A DNA stretch of 64,000 nt. It comes from Capsulimonadaceae bacterium. Its GTDB lineage: Bacteria > Armatimonadota > Armatimonadia > Armatimonadales > Capsulimonadaceae. A model generated the notes under the pieces. The model saw only the letters and a program-made list of their open reading frames with translations, was not told where the DNA came from and searched no databases. Position 1 is the first letter of the stretch, and each line of letters begins with the position of its first letter. The DNA lies in the NCBI GenBank assembly GCA_965215505.1, contig OZ244065.1:4064001-4128000 (forward strand), read 5' to 3'. The position numbers were made by a program, and so were the translations under genes. Below are positions 46,089-61,240 of the stretch, in pieces.

Positions 46089-46914
46089 CAAGAAGCTTGC
46101 CGGAATGACCCCCGAGGACTTCCCGCCCGACACGCACTCGCGCGCCTACGCGATCACGCGCGTCTTTGTACGCCTGCTGATGCCGATCCTCGGCGGGATC
46201 ACGGTGCGCGGCGGGGAGAACATCCCGCCGCGCGGCCCCGTCCTGCTGGCGATCAACCACCGCTCCTACATGGACCCGCCGTACCTCTCGATGGTCACCG
46301 GGCGGCAGCTCCACCTGATGGCGAAGGAGCCGCTGTTTGAGATCCCCGTCTTCGGCCCGTACATCCGTGCCTTGGGCGCTTTCCCGGTCAAGCGCGGCGC
46401 GGCGGACCGGGGGGCGATCCGGCAGGCGATGGACGAGCTGAAGGCCGGGCACGTCCTGGGCATCTTCCCCGAGGGGACGCGGGCCGATCCAGGGACATTG
46501 CTGCCCGCCGAGCGTGGCTTCGCCCTGATCGCCAAGCAGACCGGCATCCCCATCGTGGCCGTCGCCCTGGAAGGGACGGACCTCGTCCACCCGAAGCACG
46601 CCAAGCGGCTGCACCGCGCCCACGTCACGGCCACCATCGGTAAACCCGTCACGGCGGCGGAGATGCTGGCGGCGAACGCCGATCCGGACAAGGACGCCCT
46701 GACGATCATCGGGGAGGCGACCACGCGGATGATCGCCGCCCTGATGACCGGCCCGGTCACGATCCTGGAAGCGCCGGCCGGGGATGGGGTGGCAGAGGAC
46801 CAGCCGGCGGAGAGGGGCGGGGGTAACAGTACACAGAAAAAGCGGCTCGCCCTCCTGGCTGTCGGCGCGGTCGGGATTATCCTGTTCCTCGCTGCGCGGT
46901 CAAAGCGCCGATGA
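46081..46914 (+). CDS. 1-acyl-sn-glycerol-3-phosphate acyltransferase (PlsC-like)
   Basis: NHRSYMDP, IFPEGTR. Confidence 0.92.
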   Translation: MADKKLAGMTPEDFPPDTHSRAYAITRVFVRLLMPILGGITVRGGENIPPRGPVLLAINHRSYMDPPYLSMVTGRQLHLMAKEPLFEIPVFGPYIRALGAFPVKRGAADRGAIRQAMDELKAGHVLGIFPEGTRADPGTLLPAERGFALIAKQTGIPIVAVALEGTDLVHPKHAKRLHRAHVTATIGKPVTAAEMLAANADPDKDALTIIGEATTRMIAALMTGPVTILEAPAGDGVAEDQPAERGGGNSTQKKRLALLAVGAVGIILFLAARSKRR

Positions 46915-46936
46915 TCGCAGGGGACGGAGGCTTGGA

Positions 46937-47995
46937 ATGAAAACACGCGCTTTTGCGGGCCTCGCGGCACTGATGCTCGCGGTCCCACTGATGCCCGCCA
47001 TGACCCGCGCCACATCCGCCGGCCCGCCCCTGCCGACGGCGGCGCAGCTCTCGCGGCTGCGTCTGGGCGACGGGTTCACATTGGTCTACCAGGTGACGGC
47101 GCGGGATCTCCGGCCCCCGGACCTGCGCGCCAAGGAGATGGCGGAGGCAAGACAAGCGACCGGCGAGGCGCTGGCGGCGGGACGGCTGCCGAAGCAGATG
47201 GCCGACTACTATGAGGTGCAGAACGAGGCCCTGGGCAGGCCACGACCCGAGGAACGGTTCACCATCACCCTCTCTGCCCGTGACGGCCAGCTCCTGTACC
47301 TGAGTACGCGCGGCGCAACGCCTGGAAAGCAGGTGACACGTCAGGCGATCCTTCTGGACGCCGACAAGGAGTACGAGGCGAACGGCAAGACGTCAGCGAT
47401 GATCAACGATGACGGGTGGCGGAGTGCGCCCGTCTACCGGAGTGAGAACGTGGATCGGCTTGCCTTCTGCCCCCTGCCGGGTGTGGGCCTGCCCGGCGTG
47501 GATTTGATCCAGTCCCCTGTGCGGGCAGGCGGTGCCGCGGACGGGCACGTCCGCTTCACGGGGCGGGTGCCGCGCCTCAACCTGATAGACGGCGACACGC
47601 CCTACAGGGCCGGCGTGCTGGAAGCGGTGCTGTTCCAAGGGCGTCTCAAAGTCGTCTCGCTCACTGTCGGGCCGCCGGCGGCACCGGAGCAGTCGTGGCG
47701 CATCACAGCCTCCCGGCTGGTGCAGGATCACTGGCTCGGGTCCGGAATGCGGATGACGACCTACGAGGCCGGTACGCCCACGTCCGAGGCGGAGTATCAG
47801 CTAGTGGAGGCGCGTGCGACGGCGCTGGAAACCCCCGCTTTCGACATGGAGACTTACCTCGACAAAGGCGCGAGTGTCTTTGACGGCTCAACCGGCAGCT
47901 CAATCAACTTCACCTATGACCCGCAGGAGGGCAGTCTGAAAGACCAGGCGGCAAAGGCGCGCACCGCCCAGGCCGTGAAAGACGACAAAAAATAG
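46937..47995 (+). CDS. Hypothetical secreted protein
   Basis: SD GGAGG, N-terminal signal peptide, coding-like composition. Confidence 0.7.
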   Translation: MKTRAFAGLAALMLAVPLMPAMTRATSAGPPLPTAAQLSRLRLGDGFTLVYQVTARDLRPPDLRAKEMAEARQATGEALAAGRLPKQMADYYEVQNEALGRPRPEERFTITLSARDGQLLYLSTRGATPGKQVTRQAILLDADKEYEANGKTSAMINDDGWRSAPVYRSENVDRLAFCPLPGVGLPGVDLIQSPVRAGGAADGHVRFTGRVPRLNLIDGDTPYRAGVLEAVLFQGRLKVVSLTVGPPAAPEQSWRITASRLVQDHWLGSGMRMTTYEAGTPTSEAEYQLVEARATALETPAFDMETYLDKGASVFDGSTGSSINFTYDPQEGSLKDQAAKARTAQAVKDDKK

Positions 47996-48008
47996 TTTCC
48001 AGAACCCC

Positions 48009-48388
48009 TTGACTCTCGTGGCGGCAGGAGCCATAATACTCCTCGTTGCCCGGTCAAAGCACCAGCGACACGGACCGCGCCCTGGACGGCAAGACGGCGA
48101 CCGAAAACAATCCAAAAGAAAGTTTTCCGAACCCCTTGACAAACCGAAAACGCGGTGCCATAATATCCCTCGTTGCCCGGCCAGAGCGCTGGACAGCGGG
48201 AACCGCCGGAAAGCATCCTGAAAAAATACTTTCCAAACCCCTTGACAAAAGGGACGCGGTTCTGATATACTAAATCTTGTCGCCGGGCCACAGAGCCAGC
48301 GACAAAGCGACGCTGAAAAGCGAAGCGAAAAAAGAATTGAAAAACTTTGACGAAGGGCTTGACAAACCGGAAACGGTTGGTGTATACT
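48009..48388 (+). promoter_or_regulatory. Four tandem sigma70-type rrn promoters with A-tract UP-like elements
   Basis: TTGACT-17-CATAAT (48009), TTGACA-17-CATAAT (48136), TTGACA-18-TATACT (48242), TTGACA-18-TATACT (48359). Confidence 0.85.
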
Positions 48389-48807
48389 ATCCCTCGTCAC
48401 TAAGCCGAAGAGCAACGACCTCCGCGCTGCAAGGGTAACCGAGTGGGGGTGACAGACGAATTGAAAAGCGTCCGCGCCATCAATTATCTTCACCTAGCCA
48501 AACGGACTATCCAAGCGATAGCGTGGTTTTTTATTGCTCTATCCAAACAGGTAAAAGCCTGGTCGGCGATGCACATTGAAAACTAAATAGTGGAATCGTG
48601 AAATGAACCTTTGAGCAATTAGACCTTGCGTGCTGTGATCTTCGGATTGCAGACATGCAGGAAACTAAAAAGTAACAAAGAAGCCAAGGAAGTTTTAACG
48701 AGGCTCTCTGCAAAGAGAAGTCCTCAAAACTGGAACCGTGTACCTAGCCGGACACGGTATCTCAGACAATCCAAGTTTGCTCTACCCTTCGGGGTTTAAC
48801 AATACAT

Positions 48808-50328
<1,521 letters not shown>

Positions 50329-50561
50329 ATCTTGGCTGCTAGTCGTCTCCTACCTCGGTAGGAGCGCAAAGCGCCGATCACAGGTCGATCTTTCTTGGAA
50401 CTACTTTTTTGTTACTGCTCAATTGTTCATTTCACGAGACCCTATTTAGTTTTCAATGTGCATTGTCATCGTTTTGACAACACAGCAGCCAGCGAGAGTT
50501 TATGACCATTCTCATTCAGGCAACCGCATAAGATACGGAACAATCGTTTCGCACTCCTCAC

Positions 50562-50590
50562 AAGGGAAGGCACGGTTGCCTTCCCTTTTG
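50562..50590 (+). terminator. Terminator-like hairpin in the 16S-23S spacer before tRNA-Ile
   Basis: AAGGGAAGGCA-CGGT-TGCCTTCCCTT then TTG. Confidence 0.45.
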
Positions 50591-50604
50591 CGTTGCCGAC
50601 CTGG

Positions 50605-50681
50605 GGGCCTATAGCTCAGTTGGTTAGAGCACTCGGCTGATAACCGAGAGGTCAGAGGTTCGAGTCCTCTTGGGCCCACCA
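50605..50681 (+). tRNA. tRNA-Ile(GAT)
   Basis: Cloverleaf, anticodon loop CTGATAA, encoded CCA. Confidence 0.97.
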
Positions 50682-50705
50682 ACCCCTTTCACAAGGTTAT
50701 CGCCT

Positions 50706-50778
50706 GGGGAATTAGCTCAGTTGGTAGAGCGCTACTTTTGCAAAGTAGATGTCAGCGGTTCGAACCCGCTATTCTCCA
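50706..50778 (+). tRNA. tRNA-Ala(TGC)
   Basis: G3:U70 pair, anticodon loop TTTGCAA; CCA not encoded. Confidence 0.96.
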
Positions 50779-51068
50779 CTGATGCTTTCGCATCCTGCAC
50801 ATTAAGATTTGAGTTCTGTCGCCGCGTAACAAAGTTTCACGCACCAAGGCTTGACAAACTCGTAAGGTTTGCGGTAACATAATTGCCGCGAAGAAATCAC
50901 CGACCAGCCCTCATCGTTAGGGAGCGGTGCCGGAGAGAAGCAAATGCTCCTCTTCAACTGTCCTTTGACAACTGCATAAAGAAAAACAAACGGGTAAACA
51001 GCATTACAATTTCATCGATGCTGTCAGCGTAGCAATATGTCTGTCAGTGAAGAGAAAAACCTTTGAGT

Positions 51069-54000
<2,932 letters not shown>

Positions 54001-54089
54001 CAAAAACTCAGCAATAATCGCTGTGAACCGTTTGTTTTTTGATATGCAGTTGTCCAAGGACAGCCCCTTCGGGGGATGTCCTAACGATT

Positions 54090-54204
<115 letters not shown>

Positions 54205-54212
54205 TTATTGTC

Positions 54213-54252
54213 AAGAAGCCGCCGCGCTCCCCGGAGCGTGGCGGCTTCTTTG
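54213..54252 (+). terminator. rrn terminator
   Basis: AAGAAGCCGCCGCGCTCC-CC-GGAGCGTGGCGGCTTCTT followed by T-rich tail. Confidence 0.85.
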
Positions 54253-54270
54253 TTTGTGGTAGGTTCCCCC

Positions 54271-55227
54271 ATGACCCTCTTCGCCGTCGTCCTGCGTGCG
54301 CTCACACCTCTGTTCCTGCTGATCGTCCTGGGCAGTCTCCTGCGGCGGTCGCGCGTCCTGCACACGGCCCACGTCCCCGTCCTGAACGGGCTGGTCGTTC
54401 AGGTGACGTTGCCAGCTCTGATCTTCCTGGCCCTGACGCGCGCGCCCGCCCTGCCCGCCTCTGATGCCCGCCTGCCGGTTGCCTTCTGGCTGGCCGAGGC
54501 GGTGACTATGGCGCTCGGCTATGCTCTAGGCCGGCTCGCACGGCTGCCGCGCCTTGCCCTCGGCGCGCTCCTGATCGTGGGCGTCTTCGGCAACACGGCC
54601 TTCCTCGGCTACCCCGTCACGCTGTCGCTCCTGCCGGGCCACTTCCCCCAGACCGTCCTGCTTGACGAATTCGGCTGCGTCCTCCCCCTGTATGTCAGCG
54701 GTGCGCTTATCGGCGGTGCCTTCGGCTCCCAGGGCGGCGACTGGCGCGCAGCGATGCTGCGGTTCGCCCGCTCTCCCCTCTTTGTGTCAGTGGTTGCTGC
54801 GCTCGCCGTTCGCCTCATGCCGTGGCCGCACGCGATCACGGCCCTGCCGGGTGCAGCCGCCGCCGGGTCGGTGTTCTCCCACTGCCTCTCCTACTTAGCC
54901 CAGGGAACAACTCCCCTCATCCTGCTGTCCGTAGGGGTGTCCCTCCAGCCGCGCGCCGCCCTGGATGCGCCCCATGCGTCCCTGCTGCCGTGCCTGCTCA
55001 AGCTGGTCGTCTGCCCCGTCTCCATGTGGGGGGCCTGTCACCTGCTGGGGCTTCATGGGGAAATGCTGCGCGTCGGCGTGCTGCAAGCCTCCATGCCGAC
55101 CAGCGTACTGGCCTCGGTGCTGTGCGCGCACAACGACATGGAAGGCCCGCTGGCCGTCGGCGTCGTCTTCCTGACGACGACACTGTGCCTCGTCAGCCTG
55201 CCTCTGATGCTCACGTTCCTGCATTGA
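54271..55227 (+). CDS. AEC family (auxin efflux carrier-like) transporter
   Basis: About 10 TM segments, LPALIF, GNTAFLGYP, LQASMPT. Confidence 0.9.
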   Translation: MTLFAVVLRALTPLFLLIVLGSLLRRSRVLHTAHVPVLNGLVVQVTLPALIFLALTRAPALPASDARLPVAFWLAEAVTMALGYALGRLARLPRLALGALLIVGVFGNTAFLGYPVTLSLLPGHFPQTVLLDEFGCVLPLYVSGALIGGAFGSQGGDWRAAMLRFARSPLFVSVVAALAVRLMPWPHAITALPGAAAAGSVFSHCLSYLAQGTTPLILLSVGVSLQPRAALDAPHASLLPCLLKLVVCPVSMWGACHLLGLHGEMLRVGVLQASMPTSVLASVLCAHNDMEGPLAVGVVFLTTTLCLVSLPLMLTFLH

Positions 55228-55352
55228 CACTCATTGATGCCGCCCCATACAGTATAATGACGGTGCAGAGCGGAGTGCAGAAAGCGGCGCGTCCTGCCGA
55301 CAATAGAGTGTTCGCTCATTTTTGCCCTTGCTTCCGAGAGGTTAATCTCTTT

Positions 55353-56537
55353 ATGGACATCGAAGAACTGCTCCGCAAAACCGTACACAGCCAGGCCTCC
55401 GACCTGCACCTTACCGTTGGGGCACCGCCTACGGTCCGCCTGCACGGGGAGATGCGGAAACTCCCGTACCCCGAGCTGACCCGCGACATGCTGCGGATGA
55501 TGATGATCGGCATCCTGACCGGCGAGCAGCAGAACGTGTTTGAGGGTAAGCGCGACCTGGACTTCAGCATCGAGATCCCCGGCCTCGCCCGGTTCCGTGC
55601 GAACTTCTTCGTGGGCCGGCGCGGCGAGTCGGCGGTCTTCCGGGTCATCCCGACCGAGATCAAGTCATTCACCGACCTGGGCCTGCCGCCCGTCCTGGCC
55701 GAGTTCGCGCGTGAGGAGCGCGGGCTGGTGCTGGTGACCGGGCCGACCGGCTCGGGAAAGTCCACCACCCTAGCTGCCATGGTGGACCTCATCAACAATG
55801 AGCGGGCCGCGCACATCCTGACCGTGGAAGACCCCATCGAGTTTGTCCACCCGCACAAGAAGTGCCTGGTCAACCAGCGCGAAGTGAAGGTGCATACCGA
55901 GTCGTTCGCCTCCGCCCTGCGCGCCGCCCTGCGCGAAGACCCCGACGTCATCCTCGTCGGGGAGATGCGCGACCTGGAGACGATCTCCCTGGCCGTCTCA
56001 GCCGCCGAGACGGGCCACCTCGTTTTTGGGACGCTGCACACGTCGTCCGCCGCCCAGACGGTGGACCGCATCATTGACGTCTTCCCGCCCCATCAGCAGT
56101 CCCAGATCCGCACCCAACTCTCCGAGTCGCTGCAAGGGGTCATCGCTCAGACACTCGTCGCGAAGGTCGGCGGGGGCCGGGTGGCGGCTCTGGAGATCAT
56201 GAAGACGACGGCCGCCGTCAAGAACCTGATCCGCGAGGGCAAGACATTCCAACTGCCGTCTATTATCGAGACCGGCTCCAATGTCGGGATGCAGACGTTG
56301 GGACAGGCCTTGCAGGAACTGGTGATCAAAGGCAAGATCACGCCGGACAACGCCGTCGCCAAGGGGCTGGACCCCGCCCTGCTCAACTCGCTGCGGCTTG
56401 GGACGCCGACCATGATGAACGGCGATCCGCCTCCCCCCTCCGCGCCGCCCCTGCCGGCCGCACTCTACAGGGACGATGACGACGATGATCTGGGCGACTT
56501 GAAGCCGCTCGCCTCGCCGTTCTCGTTCCGGCGGTAG
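55353..56537 (+). CDS. pilT: Type IV pilus retraction ATPase PilT
   Basis: ASDLHL, GPTGSGKSTT, EDPIE, ALREDPDVILVGEMRD, GHLVFGTLH, NLIRE. Confidence 0.93.
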   Translation: MDIEELLRKTVHSQASDLHLTVGAPPTVRLHGEMRKLPYPELTRDMLRMMMIGILTGEQQNVFEGKRDLDFSIEIPGLARFRANFFVGRRGESAVFRVIPTEIKSFTDLGLPPVLAEFAREERGLVLVTGPTGSGKSTTLAAMVDLINNERAAHILTVEDPIEFVHPHKKCLVNQREVKVHTESFASALRAALREDPDVILVGEMRDLETISLAVSAAETGHLVFGTLHTSSAAQTVDRIIDVFPPHQQSQIRTQLSESLQGVIAQTLVAKVGGGRVAALEIMKTTAAVKNLIREGKTFQLPSIIETGSNVGMQTLGQALQELVIKGKITPDNAVAKGLDPALLNSLRLGTPTMMNGDPPPPSAPPLPAALYRDDDDDDLGDLKPLASPFSFRR

Positions 56538-56548
56538 GCCGACACGAC

Positions 56549-56578
56549 AAAAAGGGCCGACACTGAAAGTGTCGGCCC
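56549..56578. terminator. Terminator between convergent pilT and Gfo/Idh/MocA genes
   Basis: A5-GGGCCGACACT-GAA-AGTGTCGGCCC. Confidence 0.75.
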
Positions 56579-56593
56579 CTCCCCTTTGCCACC

Positions 56594-57664
56594 CTACTTC
56601 TCCCGGTACGCCATCAGCCCGTTCTTTCCTGCCACCTTCCCCCTTATAGGCGGGTAAAGCCCGCGCTGGGCGATCACCGTCTCCGTCGCCTCGCGCGCAA
56701 TCTGCGTGGCCCGAAGGCCGTCATATCCGGTCGGCAGCTCGCCCGGATCGCCTGTTTCCAGGGCATGCGCGAAAGCCGCATACATCCCTTCAAAGTTCTT
56801 CTCGCTCGCGCCCGGCAGGTTGTGTGTCCCGTAGCGGTTCCGCAGCTCGAACATCCAGCCGTCCCGGTCATAGCGTATCACGCCTTCCGTGCCGATCACA
56901 TGATAGGAGAAGTGGGCCAGCGGGTTTCGCGCCGTGTGACCATAGGAGAAGCTCATCTCGGCCATCGTGTGCGCCCCGTTCTCATGATCCAGGTGCAGCC
57001 ACATGTGGTCGGGTGCCTCGTAGTCCTCCACCCAGGCCCCTGCCGCCTGATAATGCGCCACGTCCGAGTCCAGCCACCACCGCGCCAGGTCTATCTGGTG
57101 GACGCCGCAGTCCACCATCGGTCCGCCCTCCTCCATACGCCCCTGCCAATACGGATTTGGCTCGCTCTGCCCCATCGGCGTCACCCGGTCGCGCCCGTGC
57201 AGGCTCCAAATGTAGACCAGGCGCAGCGACCGCACCGACCCGATGGCACCGTCCTGGACCAGCCGCTTGATGTTCTGGGCCACCGGACTAAACCGATAGC
57301 AGAAGCCGGTCGCCAGCAGCAAACCTGCCGCGTCCATCGTCTGGATCATGAACTCGGCGTCCCCGTCGGTCATCGCCAGCGGCTTCTCGCACAGGACGGG
57401 CAGCCCGTGCCGGGCGGCCTCCGCCACGTTCTGCCGGTGCGCGGGCGCGGCCGAGGTCACGACGACGGCGTCCAGGCCCGACTCGAAGAACATGTCACTG
57501 ACCGCGTAGCCGTGCGGGATGCCGAACTTGTGCTGCAAACCGTAAGCCCGCTCCGGGTCCGGGTCATAAACGGCCCATACCTCCAGGCCCTCCGTCGCGA
57601 GCATGGCCGGGATGTGTCCATACTCCGCGATCATGCCGCATCCCATCAGTCCGATTTTCTTCAT
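56594..57664 (-). CDS. Gfo/Idh/MocA family oxidoreductase
   Basis: IGLMGCGMIA, VLCEKPLA, GGPMVDCGVHQID. Confidence 0.92.
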   Translation of the reverse strand: MKKIGLMGCGMIAEYGHIPAMLATEGLEVWAVYDPDPERAYGLQHKFGIPHGYAVSDMFFESGLDAVVVTSAAPAHRQNVAEAARHGLPVLCEKPLAMTDGDAEFMIQTMDAAGLLLATGFCYRFSPVAQNIKRLVQDGAIGSVRSLRLVYIWSLHGRDRVTPMGQSEPNPYWQGRMEEGGPMVDCGVHQIDLARWWLDSDVAHYQAAGAWVEDYEAPDHMWLHLDHENGAHTMAEMSFSYGHTARNPLAHFSYHVIGTEGVIRYDRDGWMFELRNRYGTHNLPGASEKNFEGMYAAFAHALETGDPGELPTGYDGLRATQIAREATETVIAQRGLYPPIRGKVAGKNGLMAYREK

Positions 57665-57907
57665 AGATGCCATACACGTCTTCCAAAAGCATTCGCCACT
57701 GTCTAACAGTCGCATGGGCCATTCAGTTCCCCTGCTCGTCTGCTTTATGATGGTTCCCCACCGTATAATGGGCAAAACGCGGTGCGCTCTTCAGGAGGCC
57801 CCGGCCATGGCCCGCTCCCCTATGCCCCGGTCACAACAAAGCTATGACCGGCCGGGTATAATCGAGGCACCTTTTCAGGACGCAGCTACAGTGAAAGGAT
57901 ACATGAG

Positions 57908-58126
57908 ATGGCGACGCAAACATTGGAAGACCGCCTGGCGACGTTGGAAAACGAACTCGCACAGATCAAGCAACAGCTCGCCGCAGAAAGACCACAGACT
58001 GCCGTAACCGGGTGGGAAAAGATCTTCGGCAGTTTCGCCAACAGCGAAGGGTTCGAGGAGGCGACTCGGCTTGGGCGCGAATACCGTGAAGCGCAAAACA
58101 GGGCAGATGACAAAGAAGCGACATGA
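57908..58126 (+). CDS. Putative VapB-type antitoxin
   Basis: 72 aa, LEDRLATLENEL...WEKIFGSF; ATGA-coupled to the PIN toxin. Confidence 0.75.
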   Translation: MATQTLEDRLATLENELAQIKQQLAAERPQTAVTGWEKIFGSFANSEGFEEATRLGREYREAQNRADDKEAT

Positions 58127-58548
58127 TGGTCATTCTCGACACTGATCACATAAGTCTGTTGCAGCGCGGAGGCGCGGAAGGACGCCGTATCCGGCTACGA
58201 TTACGCGCTCTCCCACTGGATGATATCGCCACCACCATCGTCAGTTATGAGGAACAAACGAGCGGCTGGCTCGGCCGCCTTGCAGGGCTGAACAGCCTGG
58301 AGCGGCAGACATTCGACTACAGCGAACTCAAAAAACTACTTCACGACTACTGCAATATCGCCGTTCAAGATTTTGATGCAGGGGCTGCCGCCGAGTTCCA
58401 ACGGCTCCGTGCCACGAAAATCCGGGTCGGGACGATGGACCTTAAGATTGCCGCCATCACCCTCGCCATCAACGCCACTCTCTTGACCCGCAACATGGTT
58501 GATTTCGGAAAGGTCCCTGACCTCCGCGTCGAAGACTGGTCTGTGTGA
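58123..58548 (+). CDS. vapC: VapC/PIN-domain toxin
   Basis: ILDTDHIS, SYEEQ, MDLKIAA, LLTRN..DF..VP.LRVEDW. Confidence 0.92.
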   Translation: MMVILDTDHISLLQRGGAEGRRIRLRLRALPLDDIATTIVSYEEQTSGWLGRLAGLNSLERQTFDYSELKKLLHDYCNIAVQDFDAGAAAEFQRLRATKIRVGTMDLKIAAITLAINATLLTRNMVDFGKVPDLRVEDWSV

Positions 58549-58641
58549 ACCGCCCGCTGCTGCCCCGTAGCCAATCCCGCGCCCCCACAGGTATACTCTC
58601 CCTAAAGCCGCAGTCAATCGGATTCAATCGGAGACTCCCCC

Positions 58642-60327
58642 ATGTCCTATGACCCCAAAGCGCGAAGCCGCGTCATCACCGAGGGGCGCGACCGCGCCGC
58701 CGCCCGCTCCTACCTCAAAGCCACCGGGCTGTCCGACGACGACATCAAGAAGCCGATCATCGGCGTCGCCTCCACTTGGATCGGCACCATGCCGTGCAAC
58801 CTCAACCTGCGCGCGCTAGCCCAAAAAGTCATGCAGGGCATCCGGGAGGCGGGCGCGACCCCGCAAGAGTTCAACACCATCGCCATCAGCGACGGCATCA
58901 CGATGGGGACCGAGGGCATGAAGACGTCGCTCATCAGCCGTGAGGTCATCGCCGACTCCATCGAGCTGGTCGCGCGGGGGCATATGTTCGACGCCGTGAT
59001 CGCCCTGGTCGGCTGCGACAAGACCGCGCCCGGCGCGGCCATGGCTCTGGCCCGGCTGGACATTCCCGGAATGCTGCTCTACGGCGGCTCCATCGCGCCA
59101 GGCCGCTACAAGGGCCGCGACATCACCATCCAGGACGTCTTCGAAGGGGTCGGCGCGGCCCACGCCGGCAAGATCACCGATGACGACCTGCGTGAGCTGG
59201 AGGACGCCGCCTGTCCCGGCGCGGGTTCGTGCGGCGGCCAGTTCACCGCAAATACCATGGCGATCGTTATGGAGTTCCTGGGGCTGGCCGCCCTCGGCTC
59301 GGCGGGCGTCCCCGCCGTGGACCCGCGCAAGGATGACATCGGCGTCCAGGCCGGCCACATGATCGTCAGCCTCCTGAAGAGCGGCGTCAAGACAAGCGAC
59401 ATCCTGACCAAAGAGGCATTCGAAAATGCCATCGCGGCGGCGGCGGCGACGGGTGGCTCGACGAACTCCGTCCTGCACCTGCTCGCTTTGGCCCGCGAGG
59501 CGAACATCCCCCTCTCCATGGACGACTTCAACCGTGTCTCCGCCCGCACCCCGGTCATCACGGACCTGACGCCCGGCGGCCATTATGTCGCCACCGACAT
59601 GCACTACGCGGGCGGGACGCGGCTCGTCGCCAAGAACCTCCTGGCGGCGGGCCTGCTGCACGGTGACCGGCCCACGCCCTCGGGCCGGACGCTGGCCGAG
59701 GAAGCCGCCGGGGCCGAGGAGGCACCCGGCCAGAAGGTCATCTCCACGGTCGCGAACGCCTTCAAGCCGCGTGGGGGCATCGTCATCCTGCACGGCAATC
59801 TCGCACCCGAGGGCGCGGTCATCAAGCTGGCTGGGACCGAGAAGACGCGGTTCACCGGCCCCGCCCGCGTCTTCGACCGCGAGGAGGACGCCATGGAGGC
59901 CGTCAAGGCCCGCCGCGTCCAGCCGGGCGATGTCGTCATCATCCGCTACGAAGGCCCCAAGGGCGGGCCGGGGATGCGCGAGATGCTGGGCGTTACCGCC
60001 GCCCTCGTCGGGCAGGGCCTGGGCGGCGACGTTGCCCTGCTGACCGACGGCCGCTTCTCGGGCGCGACGCGGGGCCTGATGGTCGGCCATGTCGCCCCCG
60101 AGGCCAGCGTCGGCGGCCCCATCGCCCTCTTGCTGGAAGGCGACACGGTGACGCTGGACGTCGAGAGGGGCCTCCTCCACGCCGACGTGTCCGACGAAGA
60201 ACTGGCCCGACGCCGCGAAGGCTGGACCGCGCCCGCGCCGCACTATACGACCGGCGTCATGGCGAAGTACGCCGCCTCCGTGACCTCCGCCTCCGAGGGT
60301 GCGGTGACGGTGGCGGTGTTCCATTAA
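58642..60327 (+). CDS. ilvD: Dihydroxy-acid dehydratase
   Basis: [37 protein letters not shown]. Confidence 0.97.
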   Translation: MSYDPKARSRVITEGRDRAAARSYLKATGLSDDDIKKPIIGVASTWIGTMPCNLNLRALAQKVMQGIREAGATPQEFNTIAISDGITMGTEGMKTSLISREVIADSIELVARGHMFDAVIALVGCDKTAPGAAMALARLDIPGMLLYGGSIAPGRYKGRDITIQDVFEGVGAAHAGKITDDDLRELEDAACPGAGSCGGQFTANTMAIVMEFLGLAALGSAGVPAVDPRKDDIGVQAGHMIVSLLKSGVKTSDILTKEAFENAIAAAAATGGSTNSVLHLLALAREANIPLSMDDFNRVSARTPVITDLTPGGHYVATDMHYAGGTRLVAKNLLAAGLLHGDRPTPSGRTLAEEAAGAEEAPGQKVISTVANAFKPRGGIVILHGNLAPEGAVIKLAGTEKTRFTGPARVFDREEDAMEAVKARRVQPGDVVIIRYEGPKGGPGMREMLGVTAALVGQGLGGDVALLTDGRFSGATRGLMVGHVAPEASVGGPIALLLEGDTVTLDVERGLLHADVSDEELARRREGWTAPAPHYTTGVMAKYAASVTSASEGAVTVAVFH

Positions 60328-60372
60328 AGGCCCGTAGAGGTCCCATGAGAAACGCCGCCGGCTAGGAATATC

Positions 60373-61179
60373 ATGAAAACACCTCATCAACTCCATGTGC
60401 TGAAAAATCTGGGGCTGCGGGACGCGCTGACATACAAATTCGCCGACCCCTGGTACGGACTGCTGTCCAGGCTGGGCCTTTCCGCGCCGGGCAAGACCTA
60501 CTCGCTCCATGTCAGAGGCGACCAGTGGCCGGTCCACCTCCGCGCGAACAGCAGCGACGGCAACGCGTTCCGCATGATCTACATGGATCATGAGTATGGC
60601 GCTCTGGATGGCCTGGACGACGTGAAACTGATCGTAGACTGCGGGGCGAATGCCGGCTTCGCGTCTACTTACTTCCTGAACCGCTATCCGCAGGCACATG
60701 TGATCGCCGTCGAGCCTGACGACCGCAATGTGGAGATGCTGCGCCGTAACTTGCAGCCGTATGGAAACCGCACTACGATCTATCCGACCGGCGTCTGGTC
60801 GCACACCACGGGTCTGGTCGTCAGCAAGGGCCAGCACGGCGACCAAAAGGAATGGTCCACGCAAGTCCGGGAGTGTCGCGCCGGCGAAACCGCCGACATC
60901 CAGGCGATGGACCTCCAGACGATCCTCCAACGGTCCGGCTTTGATGCCATAGACCTGCTCAAAGTGGACATCGAGCGCTCCGAAACCGAAGTGTTCTCCC
61001 ACAACTACGAAGCCTGGCTGAACCGGACGCGCAGCATCGTGATCGAGCTGCACGACGGCGACTGTGAGCGGATATTCTTCCAGGCGCTGTCGCCTTACGT
61101 CTACGCCCTCTCGCGGTTCGGGGAGGTGACCATCTGCCAGGCGCTCCGGCCCGCTGCCGGAGGAGCCGCGCCCGAGTGA
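60373..61179 (+). CDS. FkbM family methyltransferase
   Basis: VDCGANAG, AVEP, IDLLKVDIE, IELH. Confidence 0.9.
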   Translation: MKTPHQLHVLKNLGLRDALTYKFADPWYGLLSRLGLSAPGKTYSLHVRGDQWPVHLRANSSDGNAFRMIYMDHEYGALDGLDDVKLIVDCGANAGFASTYFLNRYPQAHVIAVEPDDRNVEMLRRNLQPYGNRTTIYPTGVWSHTTGLVVSKGQHGDQKEWSTQVRECRAGETADIQAMDLQTILQRSGFDAIDLLKVDIERSETEVFSHNYEAWLNRTRSIVIELHDGDCERIFFQALSPYVYALSRFGEVTICQALRPAAGGAAPE

Positions 61180-61240
61180 GACGCGGCGCAGTGAGACGCC
61201 AAACAAGGGCCTAGCCTCGCTCTCAGGCCATCGCCCGCCC

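Noticed and set aside
47988-48400. Regularly spaced repeats resembling a CRISPR array
   Set aside because: The units are degenerate and fully explained as -35/-10 promoters; no cas genes
58816-61206. 796-aa minus-strand ORF
   Set aside because: Shadow of ilvD and the FkbM gene
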